Shown: positions 1-10,899 of the stretch, piece by piece | How positions within the stretch are numbered: position 1 is the first letter of the stretch | Layout of the letters: each line of letters begins with the position of its first letter | Source: Carcharhinus longimanus | Taxonomy: Eukaryota | Length of the DNA stretch: 64,000 bases | Assembly (NCBI GenBank): GCA_030264375.1 | Contig: JASCQW010000099.1 | Location: 36,167,739 to 36,231,738, forward strand | Reading direction: 5' to 3' | Notes under the pieces: model-generated | Seen by the model: the letters and a program-made list of their open reading frames with translations, nothing else | What the model was told of the DNA's origin: nothing | Database searches by the model: none | Made by a program: the position numbers and the translations under genes

Positions 1-220
1 ATGCGAGGTGATGCATTTTGGTAGATTGAACCAGGGCAGGACTTAATCAGTTAATGATAGGGTGTTGGGGAGAGTTATAGAACAAAGAGATCTAGGGGTG
101 CAGGTTCATAGCTCCTTGAAAGTGGAGTCACAGGTGGATAGAGTGGTGAAGAAGGCATTCGGCATGCTTAGCCTCATTAGTCAGAACATTGAGTACAGGA
201 ATTAAGATGTGCCCATTCTG
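1..220 (+). mobile_element. CR1/HER1-like LINE ORF2 C-terminal fragment
   Basis: Translates CEVMHFGR...RDLGVQVHSSLKVESQVDRVVKKAFGML with one stop. Confidence 0.85.
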
Positions 221-2238
221 GGTACAAGGCCCATTAGTATGAGATTGGATTTCAATATCATTAGCCAACTCAGGATACAATTGTTCCCTTGATTCCTGGA
301 GGCTTTCCACCTCTCCAGTGTGACGCCAATGCTGAATATAACAGGTCTTTAAAAGTGTGGCTCTATAGTAAAGAAGAACCAGTGAGGTAACTACTGCTGA
401 GCACCAACGTCTGTGGTGTAGTGGAGGTGGGGAGGTGTGGGGGCAGGTGGGCGTTAGTTGGTACACTGCTGTGATGCGGGATGGGTGTGAGGGATGAGAT
501 TCCCACTTTTTTATGATTTCACACAGAGGCCAATTAGTACAAGACTTTAAAAGTGTGAGTCAGAGACAGTAGTAGCGAAAGAGAGAGGATGTGAGTACCA
601 ACCTCCGGGTTGCAGTGTGTGGTGCTGACGCTGCCATTGTGCAAGATGGAGTGGGGGGAAGGGACTTGCATGGGTGTGGGAGATTGGGGGCGGCTCGGGC
701 ATGTCTGGAAAGCCACAGGGCGGGGTCTCTGTTGATTTGGGGCTTGGGTGGTACGTATGTAATGAGCATCAGTTCTGGCAGTTATCGCCCTAATCAAGGA
801 AGCTCTATTGGTGTTAACATAGCTCCTCACACTGTGTGCTACTGCAGTGCACAATGGCTGCCTATATTGTGATAGTCACGAGGGTGCGTCTCCATCTATC
901 TGAAGCACAAGCCATCCCTGGAAGCCAACGTGCCAGACCCTCAGATGAGTGCATGCAGGTCTATGTTGCAAAGGTTCCCATTGAGGACTTCCTCGTAGCC
1001 ACCCTTATGCTCCACACGAGTGCCAGAGTACTGANNNNNNNNNNNNNNNNNNNNNNNNNNNNNNNNNNNNNNNNNNNNNNNGGGGGTGTCTTAGTGTCCG
1101 GTGGTTGGTGAGGATGCCATCCCAAGCTGTCTGTCAGTGTGGGCCTATATGGGGACTGGAGCAGAGCAGCTCAGGCCACTGAATCCTGCATCAATGGTGG
1201 GGGCTGCTGACTTTGCAACCTTAACGAGGTTTTCAGATGAGTTTTTGGAGTACCACAGCAGTTAGGGATCTGGCCCAAGTGCTGGGAACTGGGGATCACA
1301 TAACATCATCAGAAGGTATCGTCAGTGCACACTCTGTGGGCCTAAGGCCCTATCTCGTGCTGAATGAAGTCCCTTTGGGTACAGGCAGGTACGGAACTTC
1401 CTGTGGGAGGTGGATCACAAGACAGATGAGTCACAGCTGTGGGTACAAAATCATTTAATAGTGATTATCTAAAAGAGCCGATAAACCTCTCTCAAACTAC
1501 GGTGTTCTGCCTTCTCCTGTGCTCTCTTGGTGACACTACACTATTAATGTTATGTACATCAGAGGTAGAGACAGTCAGCTATGTTCCATGACTACGATGC
1601 CCTTGGCTTATTCCTTCATGGAGCCCACATTGGACAAAAAGTGTTTGATTCATATAATAAAATCAGTACTTTTAGGCTTATCACATGACTCGAATACGCT
1701 TAAGAAAAGTGAGGAGAATTCTGTCAGTTAAATGGCCCATTCCATAGAAATTAATTTTCAGAACAAGAAAATAAAGACAAGGATAGTTATGTCTATGTTA
1801 TTGATCGCTGAAGCATTTTGACATCATTGTACAACATTTAGTTTCATTGGATTGGAAAAGTAAACATGATATATTTGATTAGATATGAATGTGACATTTA
1901 CCTTCACTTCAACCACTTGAAAGTTTATTGTAAGTGTTTACATTTTACTTTATTAATGCGACTTTAATCGTAGCCCATGGCTACCGTAATCCACAGGAGG
2001 CATCAGGCTGGAAAAAAAAAGCTGATTTATTAAAGCTTCAGTGTTGAAGTGAAAGATTTGTGCACCTTTTACTCATCCCATGCCTGCCACTCAATTGGGG
2101 TTTTTAAGAAATATTGAAGAATTTCAGTTGCACAGGGATACATTTAATAATTGGATTCCGTGGACTTATTTTATTTCAAGTGTTGTTGGATTCATAATTT
2201 GGGTTAACAAAATGTTTATTTTCTGATGTTGTAATCAG

Positions 2239-2364
2239 ACTGCACACTGTGAAGAACTGCATCTTCATGCAGAAAACCTGTCCAGACGTGTTTGGGAACT
2301 GTTAATGCTGCTTCCTACATGTCCAAACATGTTACAGGCTTTTCAAAACATCTCTGATGAACCG
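2239..2364 (+). CDS. USP34: USP34 coding exon (TAHCEELHLHAENLSRRVWELLMLLPTCPNMLQAFQNISDEP)
   Basis: aatcag| ... CCG|gtgagg; 126 nt, phase 0/0. Confidence 0.93.
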
Positions 2365-2811
2365 GTGAGGCAACTATTATACATTGTTTACTTTAAATTT
2401 TGCAGTGGATTACTTGAGCTTAGTATAGGAAGTTCAAGTTATAATAGAAAGGAACTTTAATTATTTTATTCTCTTAGAGCTGATGGCTGGAAATTATTAT
2501 AATTTAAAGCCTTTGTGATTCATTTGTTTAATGTTTTCATACCTAATCAGTTGCTATAGTAGTGTAGAATTAATAGAATGTACAGCAGGCAAACAGCCCA
2601 TTTGACCGAACAGTGTTTATGCTTCATATGTGCGATCCAGATGCCTCGAGTAATCCAGAGGATATAAGTTTCCATCCAACCAAGGTAGTTTAAGAATTTG
2701 ATTCCAGTTACATAAAAATATATAATCTGGAAATAAAAGCTGTTATTTTGTCATACAATTTAACAGGCTCAATAATCTCCATTTAGTGAAAGAAAACTGT
2801 CATCCAAATAT

Positions 2812-3823
2812 GGGGTGCAATCTTTCCGGCCCTCTGCCATGGTTGTTCGGCACAGTGAGCCAGGAAGGTAGCAGGCGAGGCTTTCGTACGGGGCATGAAC
2901 TGGTCTTGCACCGAAAGCCATCCTCCCAGCCCTGTTTTGTTGGCGTGATTGGCTTCGTACCCAAAAGGGGCATGAAGCCATTTGAAATATTAACGTCATG
3001 ATTTGCATGAACAACGCATCCAGCATGGCCGTTTTTAGCCTTTCATATGTTTCACAGCTGGTTCCCACCAACAGGGATGAGATGTGATGGGGGCATGTCT
3101 GGGAAGTGCCCATGGGCAGTGCCAGCATAAATGCACCATAACTGTACCAGGAGCAGTGCAAGGGGGCTGGGGCTGTGGGTGGTGTGGGTGATCCGTAGGG
3201 GGAGCTGAGGTATTGGGGGGAAAGATCCTTAGGGGGAGCTGAGGCACGGGGGTGATGTCTGTAGGGGGAGCTGAGGCACAGGGGTGAGGTCTGTAGGGGG
3301 AGCTGAGGTATGGCGGTGATGTCTGTAGAGGGAGCTGAGGCACGGGGGGGTGATGTCTGTAGAGGGAGCTGAGGCACGGGGGGTGATGTCTGTAGGGGGA
3401 TTGAGGTGGAGGGGAGATAGGCAGGGCTGCTGCAAAATGTGAGGGAGATCCACGGGTAGGAGGCAAGGGGGTGCTTTGCAGACAGTTGGGGGGGGGGGTG
3501 GAATGGTGCAAGGTGCCTGTACAATGGTGCTTCAAGCAATTTTCTGCGGCTTCACTGGCAAGCTTAATCCCCCCCCACCACCACCGTGTGAAACCCTCAA
3601 CTGACAAAAAGAAAGGCAATGTGTGGGAAAATTCCGAGGGGTAGCTCACTGAAAAAGCTGGAGTGAAACACTCGAGTTTTCAAATTTTTTGACACGTGAA
3701 CGAAATCACCCATTCCAGCTGCCATGGAAATCACAGCGGGTGAGGGATGGACCACAGAAAGATCTGTTGACCTCGGGTGGGATTTGCCGGTTTTGAGGTG
3801 AACGGGGCTGGAAAATCCTGTCC
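2812..3823. mobile_element. Non-autonomous DNA-transposon-like element (GGG..CC ends) containing a minisatellite; 3710-3823 resembles the 126-bp MITE
   Basis: Imperfect terminal inverted repeat GGGGTGCAATCTTTCCGGCCC / GGGCTGGAAAATCCTGTCC. Confidence 0.55.
3195..3405. repeat. G-rich minisatellite, ~32-bp unit x ~6.5 (GTAGGGGGAGCTGAGGCACGGGGGTGATGTCT)
   Basis: Units start near 3195, 3230, 3261, 3293, 3325, 3359 and 3392. Confidence 0.92.
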
Positions 3824-4354
3824 TTAGAATATTTTGGAGGAAATCTTGCTGATGGTTTGTCCTTTAAGTGACTCCAGTCCCACACTAATGTGGTTTACTA
3901 TTAGCTGCTTACAGTGGCAATGAAGTGGCCTAGCACTTAGTTGTATCAAACTAATAGAAAGAGAACCTAGAATTAAATCATGGACTGTTTGACTGCAACC
4001 AAAAATTTGTTTTACTTATCCAGCCCGCAAAAAGTGAAACACCCTGAGGACATCCCCATGGATGGTTTAATAGTTTACTTATGGGGATGGGAGTGGAGTT
4101 GGAGAGGTTGCAGATCTTCTACCATTGGTTTTTTTTAAATGTAACCTTTAATTTCATAGGGAATATATAAATGAAAATGTTTGAATGATGTTATTCCATG
4201 CCTGTCTCAAAACCACATGCCAGTTCAGTACAACTCATTGAATGCATAAATTATTCAAACCTCTTTGGTGATTTTTAAAAATTTGTTCATGGTTATATGT
4301 TTTTCTGTATTTCAACATTGTTGTAAACATTATTTAATTGTGTTTCCATTGAAG

Positions 4355-4477
4355 GGCAATGATGGAGTTTGTTGGAAGGACTTGCTTCGAATAAAAAGTC
4401 CTCATAAACTCCTATATGCTCTGGAAATTATTGAGGCCTTGGGGAAACCTAACAGGAGAATAAGAAGAGCATCTACG
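4355..4477 (+). CDS. USP34: USP34 coding exon (GNDGVCWKDLLRIKSPHKLLYALEIIEALGKPNRRIRRAST)
   Basis: ttgaag| ... ACG|gtaatt; 123 nt. Confidence 0.95.
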
Positions 4478-4789
4478 GTAATTGACATTTTTGTTTGCTT
4501 GATTTAAATCCTTTTGTTTTGGAAAGTTTTGACAATTATTCCATGTGAAACACTGATTTATTTTTATTATATTCATGGTACGGAGAGACAAATGTAGGTT
4601 GAATGATTGCTTTGAGCTCTTCCATTCAGTCCACAAATATAATTCTGAGTCTGTAGTCACTTGCCATTTTAATTCTTTAGTCCTCTCCCACCTGACCACC
4701 ATAACTTCAATCTCCTACCATGTTCTAACAGAGTGCTGAGTATACTTGAGAAATAGCATGGTATTTTTTGATTAACTGCTTTATAAGTT

Positions 4790-5090
4790 GAGGGTTCATA
4801 ATTGGGAGCATAGAATTAGCTAAGAGGTAGGCGCTTTAGTGAAAATTCAAGGGGACTATTTTTCACCCAGAGTGGTGGTGATCTGGAAGTCCCACTGCTT
4901 GAAAGGGTGCTAGAGGCAGACATCCTCTTAACATTTTAGAAAGATACTTGAGATTTGAAGTTCTATAACTTACAAGGCTATGGACTTGAGAACTGGCAAG
5001 TGGGAATAGGCTGGAAGGCTACTTGTCAACCAGCATGGACTCAATGGGCCAAATGGTCTCCTTTCATGCTCTGGATTTCGATGATTTTAG
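4790..5090 (+). mobile_element. CR1 LINE 3' end, decayed
   Basis: FFTQRVV-like region followed by the GGGCCAAATGGtCTCC tail. Confidence 0.75.
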
Positions 5091-5260
5091 TCTTTTAGAT
5101 TCAACATCAAGTTCAATAATTTCAGATCATAACCTCTGCTCTCATTTTTCTTTGAAAAGCAGGCGCAGTAATATTCTGTTCATTTAGTCACTTTGCTTTC
5201 AACCTTATCACAGACCTTCCTTTTGTTCTTTACACCCACTCATGCTACTTCTGCTGCTCT

Positions 5261-5352
5261 TTCTCTCTCTCTCTCTCTCTCTCTCTATCTCATACTTTCT
5301 CCCTCTCTATATATGTGACTTTAAACTCCCTCTCTATATATGTGACTTTAAA
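5261..5352. repeat. (CT)n tract plus a 27-bp tandem duplication (CTCCCTCTCTATATATGTGACTTTAAA x2)
   Basis: Read directly; copies at 5299-5325 and 5326-5352. Confidence 0.85.
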
Positions 5353-6501
5353 CTTTCTTGAGCATTTTCCAGTTCTGATGAAATGTTACTATTAAAAACT
5401 AACTAAATCTCTCTCTCTCTCGACATTGAGATAATCATTTGTAGTATTTTGTTTGTCTCTAACTGCGATTATATCGAATCCTACCCCATTGTTGTTAAAC
5501 GCCAGTATAATTCATTGTCGCCCACCTCACCATTCTTAAAAAAAAGTTGTTCAGAGTACAGAAAAGTATAAAGCCTTTTCAACCATAAGAAAATGAATGC
5601 ACTAAATGGCCACGATTTAGTGGTTGCATTAAATGTGTGCAAATTTCGTAATGGCTGCTAAAACTCGCCCTGGTCAAAAATGGGATTTTGTTAGATCTTC
5701 CCCACCCCACACCAGTGATGTAATCAGGTTCATGCCCCGTAAGGCATGAACTTGATTTGCATATATTAACATTTTAATTAGTGGGCTTGGTGCCACAACT
5801 TCCACCCTTGTTGCAGCTTCCAGCCCAGCTAGATTGATATCATGCCAGTGAAAATCACTACTGGTGATGAAATAAAAGAAAATCACTACTGGTAAATGAA
5901 ATAAAAGAAATAAATGAAAACCAGTCATGATGACCATGCTGGAGCGCACATAATTATAGCCCTCAGGTGGTGAAGGACGTGCCTGGGCATTGCTCTCTGG
6001 CAATGCCCCTTTGCATTGTTCCCAGATTCTGGCAGAGCCCCCTGGACACTATCAGGGAGTTGGCATTCCCCCTTTTCTATGTGTTGGGGTGGGGTGGAGG
6101 GAGGTGTTATTTAAATTGAAGATTGGGATGCCCTTTACAAATGGTACACAGATTTGGTGTTGCTGGCTTTCTTAGGCCCTGCCCCTCCAGCTTACTGTAT
6201 GATTCTCAGTTTGCCTTTGGAATTGCAGATTGCTGTTCAATATGGGAAGAACAGCAGTTGTGCAGCCTGCGAGCTTCACACTGATTTTCTTGCTTGAGCC
6301 AACACTGTGCATTTTTGGGAAAGTTCTTGTCTTTTTTTCAAATCCTGGGTTCTTTTTACTACTTGCTTGATGTAACTATCAAAATTCAATTAGGGCAAAT
6401 TGTCTACAAAATATAACTATATTTTATAGTGAAACCAAATTAATACTGTCTTGTTATTTACTGAATTATTGCAATTAATTTTGAATTTAATTTAATTTCA
6501 G

Positions 6502-6585
6502 GGTAGTTACAGTGACCTATACCCTGACTCTGATGATTCAAGTGAAGATCAGATCGAGAACAGTAAAAATTCCTGGAGTTGCAAG
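6502..6585 (+). CDS. USP34: USP34 coding exon (GSYSDLYPDSDDSSEDQIENSKNSWSCK)
   Basis: tttcag| ... AAG|gtttgc; 84 nt. Confidence 0.95.
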
Positions 6586-7932
6586 GTTTGCTTCATATTT
6601 TCTTCAAATGGAGGGAGTAGTAACATCACTGTGTCAGCCCAAAGAGTTGGGAGGTGGGGGAAGACTTGTGACTGAAACTATACATGCTCTTGCAGGATTT
6701 TTTCTCCAGAAGATGCAATGAGGCGGAGCTTGCATATTACAAATTACATGTGTAAAATCAGCCCTGGTCATTTACAGCGCATAGTGGTTGATGCAGTTGC
6801 CAGCAATTTTCTGTATGTTATTTCAGACCACCTTACCAGTTAGAAATACATATGCAGTGTTATCTTCATGTGACAGAATGTGTTTCAGGTTGTAATCCTT
6901 CAATGAAAGTTCATAATTCACCTGTAGGATACTTAGCAGAAATGTTCCTGTCGTCTTCAGGTGAAGCCGTTGGCCTTCTGCATATTTACAGCATTTTCTA
7001 CTTTTTAAATCAGGGCAAAATTATATTACTGTGCCAGTCAGTTTATCTGATAACGCATTTTTTTCCTTCAGTCTTTGAAATTTATGCCCGCTGTTCACCA
7101 AGTACTAAATTGTTGTACATGGTACTCTGACAAATCTGATTTTTGTTAACAAGTTGTTTTACATTATTAATATCTTGACTGTTTTACCATCAGAACTTCA
7201 CTTGTAGAATAGAAACTCATTTTCAATATTTTAAAAGATTTTCTTTAAAATAAATGTTTATTTTTAATCTTTTGTTAATTTCCTTTAACCTAATCCCTAA
7301 ATTTTTCTATTCTTCTGTGTAACTCAAGCTCCTGCCGTTTGAACTATAATAATTATTTCGCCTTTTTAACCTGCTGCACTACCCAAAGTGTATAGATGTG
7401 GTGTCCCATCTGTCTCTTTTTCACCCATTTCATTTTTTAGTACTATCCTCTTGCTTCCTTTGTCTCCAATTATATCTAGGGGCTATTTGATACCTATCGC
7501 ACTGAAAGGCATTTTAAATGATTTCATATTTTTCAAAGTTCCTGCTGCAATCATAGTGAAAAATCCATCAAAACATTAGCATGTATAAGCAGTGAAATGC
7601 TTTTAATTTTCAAAGGACAGTTCAGAAATTCTGCCACCAATTTGGATTGGAGATTTATCAGAGGAGAGTGATGCATTGCATGATTAGGAGCTGGAAGTAT
7701 TAGCAGAAGGGCTTTCAGCACAAGTTTCTTTTTATCCCTGCCATATCCCCAACTAAAACAGTTGCAAAAATGGAGCTGTGTGGCAATGTAGCTGGACAGT
7801 TCAACAACATGGAAAATCATGTTGGCCACTTGGGTCATTTAAGAACTTCATAAAGGGTTTCTGACAGAGCTTGGAGTTATTGTTGCTTATTGCATCTTCC
7901 TCCCTTATTTGAAATGTTCTCCCATGTTTCAG

Positions 7933-8019
7933 TTTGTTGCTGCTGGGGGACTTCAGCAATTATTGGAAATTTTTCTGTCAGGGATTCTGGAGCCCAAAGA
8001 GCAGGAATCATGGACTGTG
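7933..8019 (+). CDS. USP34: USP34 coding exon (FVAAGGLQQLLEIFLSGILEPKEQESWTV)
   Basis: tttcag| ... GTG|gtaaga; 87 nt. Confidence 0.96.
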
Positions 8020-8248
8020 GTAAGAGTTATTTGTAATATCCTAATATTCAAGCATCGTTTACAGAGAATCTTAGTCAAAATGCTGCTTTTTTTATTTTAC
8101 TGGTAATGGCTTTGTGCCTCAGCTTTTATTTTAAGCTTTATTTATTGCCTTATGTCCTGTATTTGGTACTTAAATTTTGATTCTGTTCTTTTAAAACAAA
8201 CATGTTAAAAATTAAATTTTACTTGTTTGCTACCTTGCATTTTCCCAG

Positions 8249-8449
8249 TGGCAGCTGGACTGCCTTGCTTGCCTGCTGAAGTTAATGTGCCAGTTTGCAG
8301 TTGATCCAGCTGACTTGGATCTGGCTTATCATGATATCTATGCCTGGTCTGGTATGTCAGATAGCCATAGGAAAAGGACTTGGCCTGGTAAATCAAGAAA
8401 AGGAGCTGGAGATCATGGAAAAGGATTGCATATACCTCGTTTGACAGAG
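8249..8449 (+). CDS. USP34: USP34 coding exon (WQLDCLACLLKLMCQFAVD...GLHIPRLTE), followed by a GC donor
   Basis: cccag| ... GAG|gctagt; 201 nt; frame and homology require the GC donor. Confidence 0.93.
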
Positions 8450-8558
8450 GCTAGTACTTTTTAATTACTTTGCAGTTTTATCAGGGTTCACCTGTACATT
8501 CAATTATCTGTCTGTATTGTATACTGCATACAACAAAATATGAATTTGTTTTATTTAG

Positions 8559-8641
8559 GTATTTCTCAGCCTGGTACACGGATCCAGTTTGATCTATCGG
8601 TTAATGTCTGTTGCTTACACTTATAACAACTTGGCTCATAG
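8559..8641 (+). CDS. USP34: USP34 coding exon (VFLSLVHGSSLIYRLMSVAYTYNNLAH-R)
   Basis: atttag| ... AG|gtaaaa; 83 nt, phase 0/2. Confidence 0.94.
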
Positions 8642-8716
8642 GTAAAATCATTTTTAATTATTTAAATATTACTTGTTGAACCAATGCCTGAAGCAAACAA
8701 ATGAGTGCAAAATGTT

Positions 8717-9382
8717 GGGCCAAATCCTTCTGGAAAAACAATGGCATGTTAACGACTCATGCAATTAAAAATTCACAAATCAGCCAGCAAGTTCAGGAAA
8801 TGAAGCTATATACCACAAACTGTGAATCTCCCGAACTTGCTGGTTGATTATGGCATCTCACCATTAACATCCAATTATCTTTAAGAACTTCCTGAACTTG
8901 TACATAATTGCACATTAATTTTCCCCAGAAAGTTAAAGCTCATGATTATAAATATAAATAGATTTCTAATATGTGATAATTGTCAATTAAATGCCATTCT
9001 TGCCCAGAAAGGGATCAATTTAAACTATTGGCTCCTGCCTGCATATGTAAATTATTGTATGAAATTTTAAAATAATTTCAACTTTTTAAAACATCTCTCA
9101 TCTCCCTCAATTCAGTATTTCTTTTCATCTCTTTTTCAGTTTGACTCTAATTTACCTACTTCCTCTCCCATTTTTCTTTTATAATAATTTAATTTCCTTG
9201 ATAAAGTTGAAACATTGGACTTTTTTGCTACTGCCCTGGTGACATTGTTGTGCTGTTTATCAGCCCGTTCTTCAGCAAGTCATGCTGCAAAGCAAAATAA
9301 AATAAAAATAAAAGAAAACAGGAGCAGGAAAAGACCTAACAGGGGATACTGAAAGATGCCTTACTCCAGCAAGATTTGGCCC
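8717..9382. mobile_element. MITE-like element with ~18-bp TIRs
   Basis: GGGCCAAATCCTTCTGGA ... TCCAGCAAGATTTGGCCC. Confidence 0.7.
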
Positions 9383-9602
9383 ATTGTATTCATAGTAAAA
9401 AGTCTGACACAAGGTTTTAGTCCAACCGATTTATTTGATAGTAAACTCACTAACTTTCGAGGGGTTTCCCTCTTCTTCAGGTGAATGGAGAGTTCTGGCT
9501 CTGTCTCAAATAAATCGGTTGGACTAAAACCTGGTGTTGTCAGACTTTTTACTGTGTTCACCCCAGTCCAACGCCGGCATATCCACACCATTGTATTCAT
9601 AG
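9381..9602. mobile_element. Miniature Penelope pseudo-LTR derivative (inverted arms) flanked by a 15-bp direct repeat
   Basis: Arms ~9394-9439 / 9506-9553 match the pLTR ends at 36.0 and 39.1 kb; CCATTGTATTCATAG at 9381-9395 and 9588-9602. Confidence 0.85.
9446..9485 (-). ncRNA. Minimal type I hammerhead ribozyme motif
   Basis: Minus strand UUCAC-CUGAAGA-A-GAGGG(AAAC)CCCUC-GAAA-GU-UA-GUGAG: core, helix II and helix I all present. Confidence 0.7.
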
Positions 9603-9661
9603 CAGATTATATCTTTGTGATTTATTTTTCAATTTCTCATCTTTTTTCAAATTAAAACCAG

Positions 9662-9702
9662 GGTACTTAAAGCTCAATCAGATCACCGATCCAGGCACGA
9701 GG
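9662..9702 (+). CDS. USP34: USP34 small coding exon (VLKAQSDHRSRHE)
   Basis: aaccag| ... G|gtaggt; 41 nt, phase 2/1. Confidence 0.93.
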
Positions 9703-10119
9703 GTAGGTTATGAATCAGTTTATATACTACATTGTTAATAAACTTGTAATAATAGATAATATTTGTGAAGTTGCACCTTGCAATTTATGAATATCAGTGT
9801 TTGGTCTTGCAGCAGCAGTTTCTTAGAAGTAATTATATCCATTAAGAATGTTGTTTTAAGAAAACCTAATTAGAATAGATAATTTTTTAGTAATTTACTG
9901 AGTTAAATGCACAGGCTTTATGACAAAAACATTTTAACTATTGTCAATTACGAAAGAAGCAACTGAAATATAATTTGTAAGTACCACAGATGAGACACTC
10001 GCCAGCTATTCGGAAAGGAAAATTTATAAAAAGCTTAGTCGTCCGCTCAAATCCTTGGATATATTTTCAGCATGCTTGCTTCTCTTGCTTACTAGACAAA
10101 TTCTTATTTTATCTTCCAG

Positions 10120-10244
10120 TTACTCATTATGCTATGTGGCTATTAGTGAGTTGGGCTCACTGTTGTTCGCTGGTAAAATCCAGCTTGGCAGACAGTGAAC
10201 ATTTGCATGATTGGTTGAAAAAGTTAACTCTACTTGTACCAGAG
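10120..10244 (+). CDS. USP34: USP34 coding exon (VTHYAMWLLVSWAHCCSLVKSSLADSEHLHDWLKKLTLLVPE)
   Basis: ttccag| ... GAG|gtaaga; 125 nt, phase 1/0. Confidence 0.96.
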
Positions 10245-10368
10245 GTAAGATTAAATCTTCAAACTTAGATTATAATAATCTATGAATATGACGAGTTATA
10301 ATTTTTCTTCCAGTTGACTGTACAAATGGTTTTTAATAACTTGTTGGTAATTGACTCTTTTGTTCTAG

Positions 10369-10521
10369 ACTTCAGTTCGACATGAAGCTTGCAATGGTTT
10401 ATACAAGTTGTGTCTATCGGGTTTGGATGGTGGAGAATCAATAAATCGATCTTTCCTTTTATTAGCTGCATCAACATTACTCAAGTTTCTTCCTGATGCC
10501 CAAGCTTTGAAGCCAGTTAGG
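10369..10521 (+). CDS. USP34: USP34 coding exon (TSVRHEACNGLYKLCLSGLDGGESINRSFLLLAASTLLKFLPDAQALKPVR)
   Basis: ttctag| ... AGG|gtaaga; 153 nt. Confidence 0.96.
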
Positions 10522-10899
10522 GTAAGATTCGTTTTGATCACTTGCAGGAAAAGATGGTAATTACTGACCAATAGCAAAATGCTTAGATACACTCTTAGTT
10601 CTTTTGGTGCTGGGTTCAAAGGTGGGGGATTAAACCCCCCCCCCCACCCCGCTTAAAAACAGACAGGTTTGGGTTGGCTGGGATGGTGAAGTTTTAAAAA
10701 TCTTCAACATAATGCTGCACTCCTCCACCCCACAATTCCACACAATGTTGTACTCCCCACCCCACTCGCGCGCTCTCTTGGTCCCCGCTTTCTCGGTCCC
10801 CCCCCCCTTCTTGCTCTCTCCGCTTTCCCTGCTCTCGCCCGCGCCCTCCATCCCTCCCTCTGTGTCTCATCCAGGTGAATCGGAACCAAAGACTGGCTG

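Larger units (their letters stand above)
2645..3950 (+). mobile_element. Decayed tRNA-derived SINE split by a ~1 kb TIR element
   Basis: Segments ~2645-2810 and ~3830-3950 resemble consecutive parts of the SINE at 16143-16492. Confidence 0.5.

Noticed and set aside
230-1500. Possible LTR-retrotransposon remnant
   Set aside because: Only vague LTR-like composition; no pair of LTRs, PBS or convincing pol motif could be identified.
3195-3405. ~32-bp repeated units superficially like a CRISPR array
   Set aside because: Head-to-tail tandem units without unique spacers, vertebrate context, no cas genes.
2769-3649. Long Pro-rich minus-strand ORFs (256 and 204 aa)
   Set aside because: They are stop-free translations of the G-rich minisatellite and GC-rich repeat element, with no domain signal.
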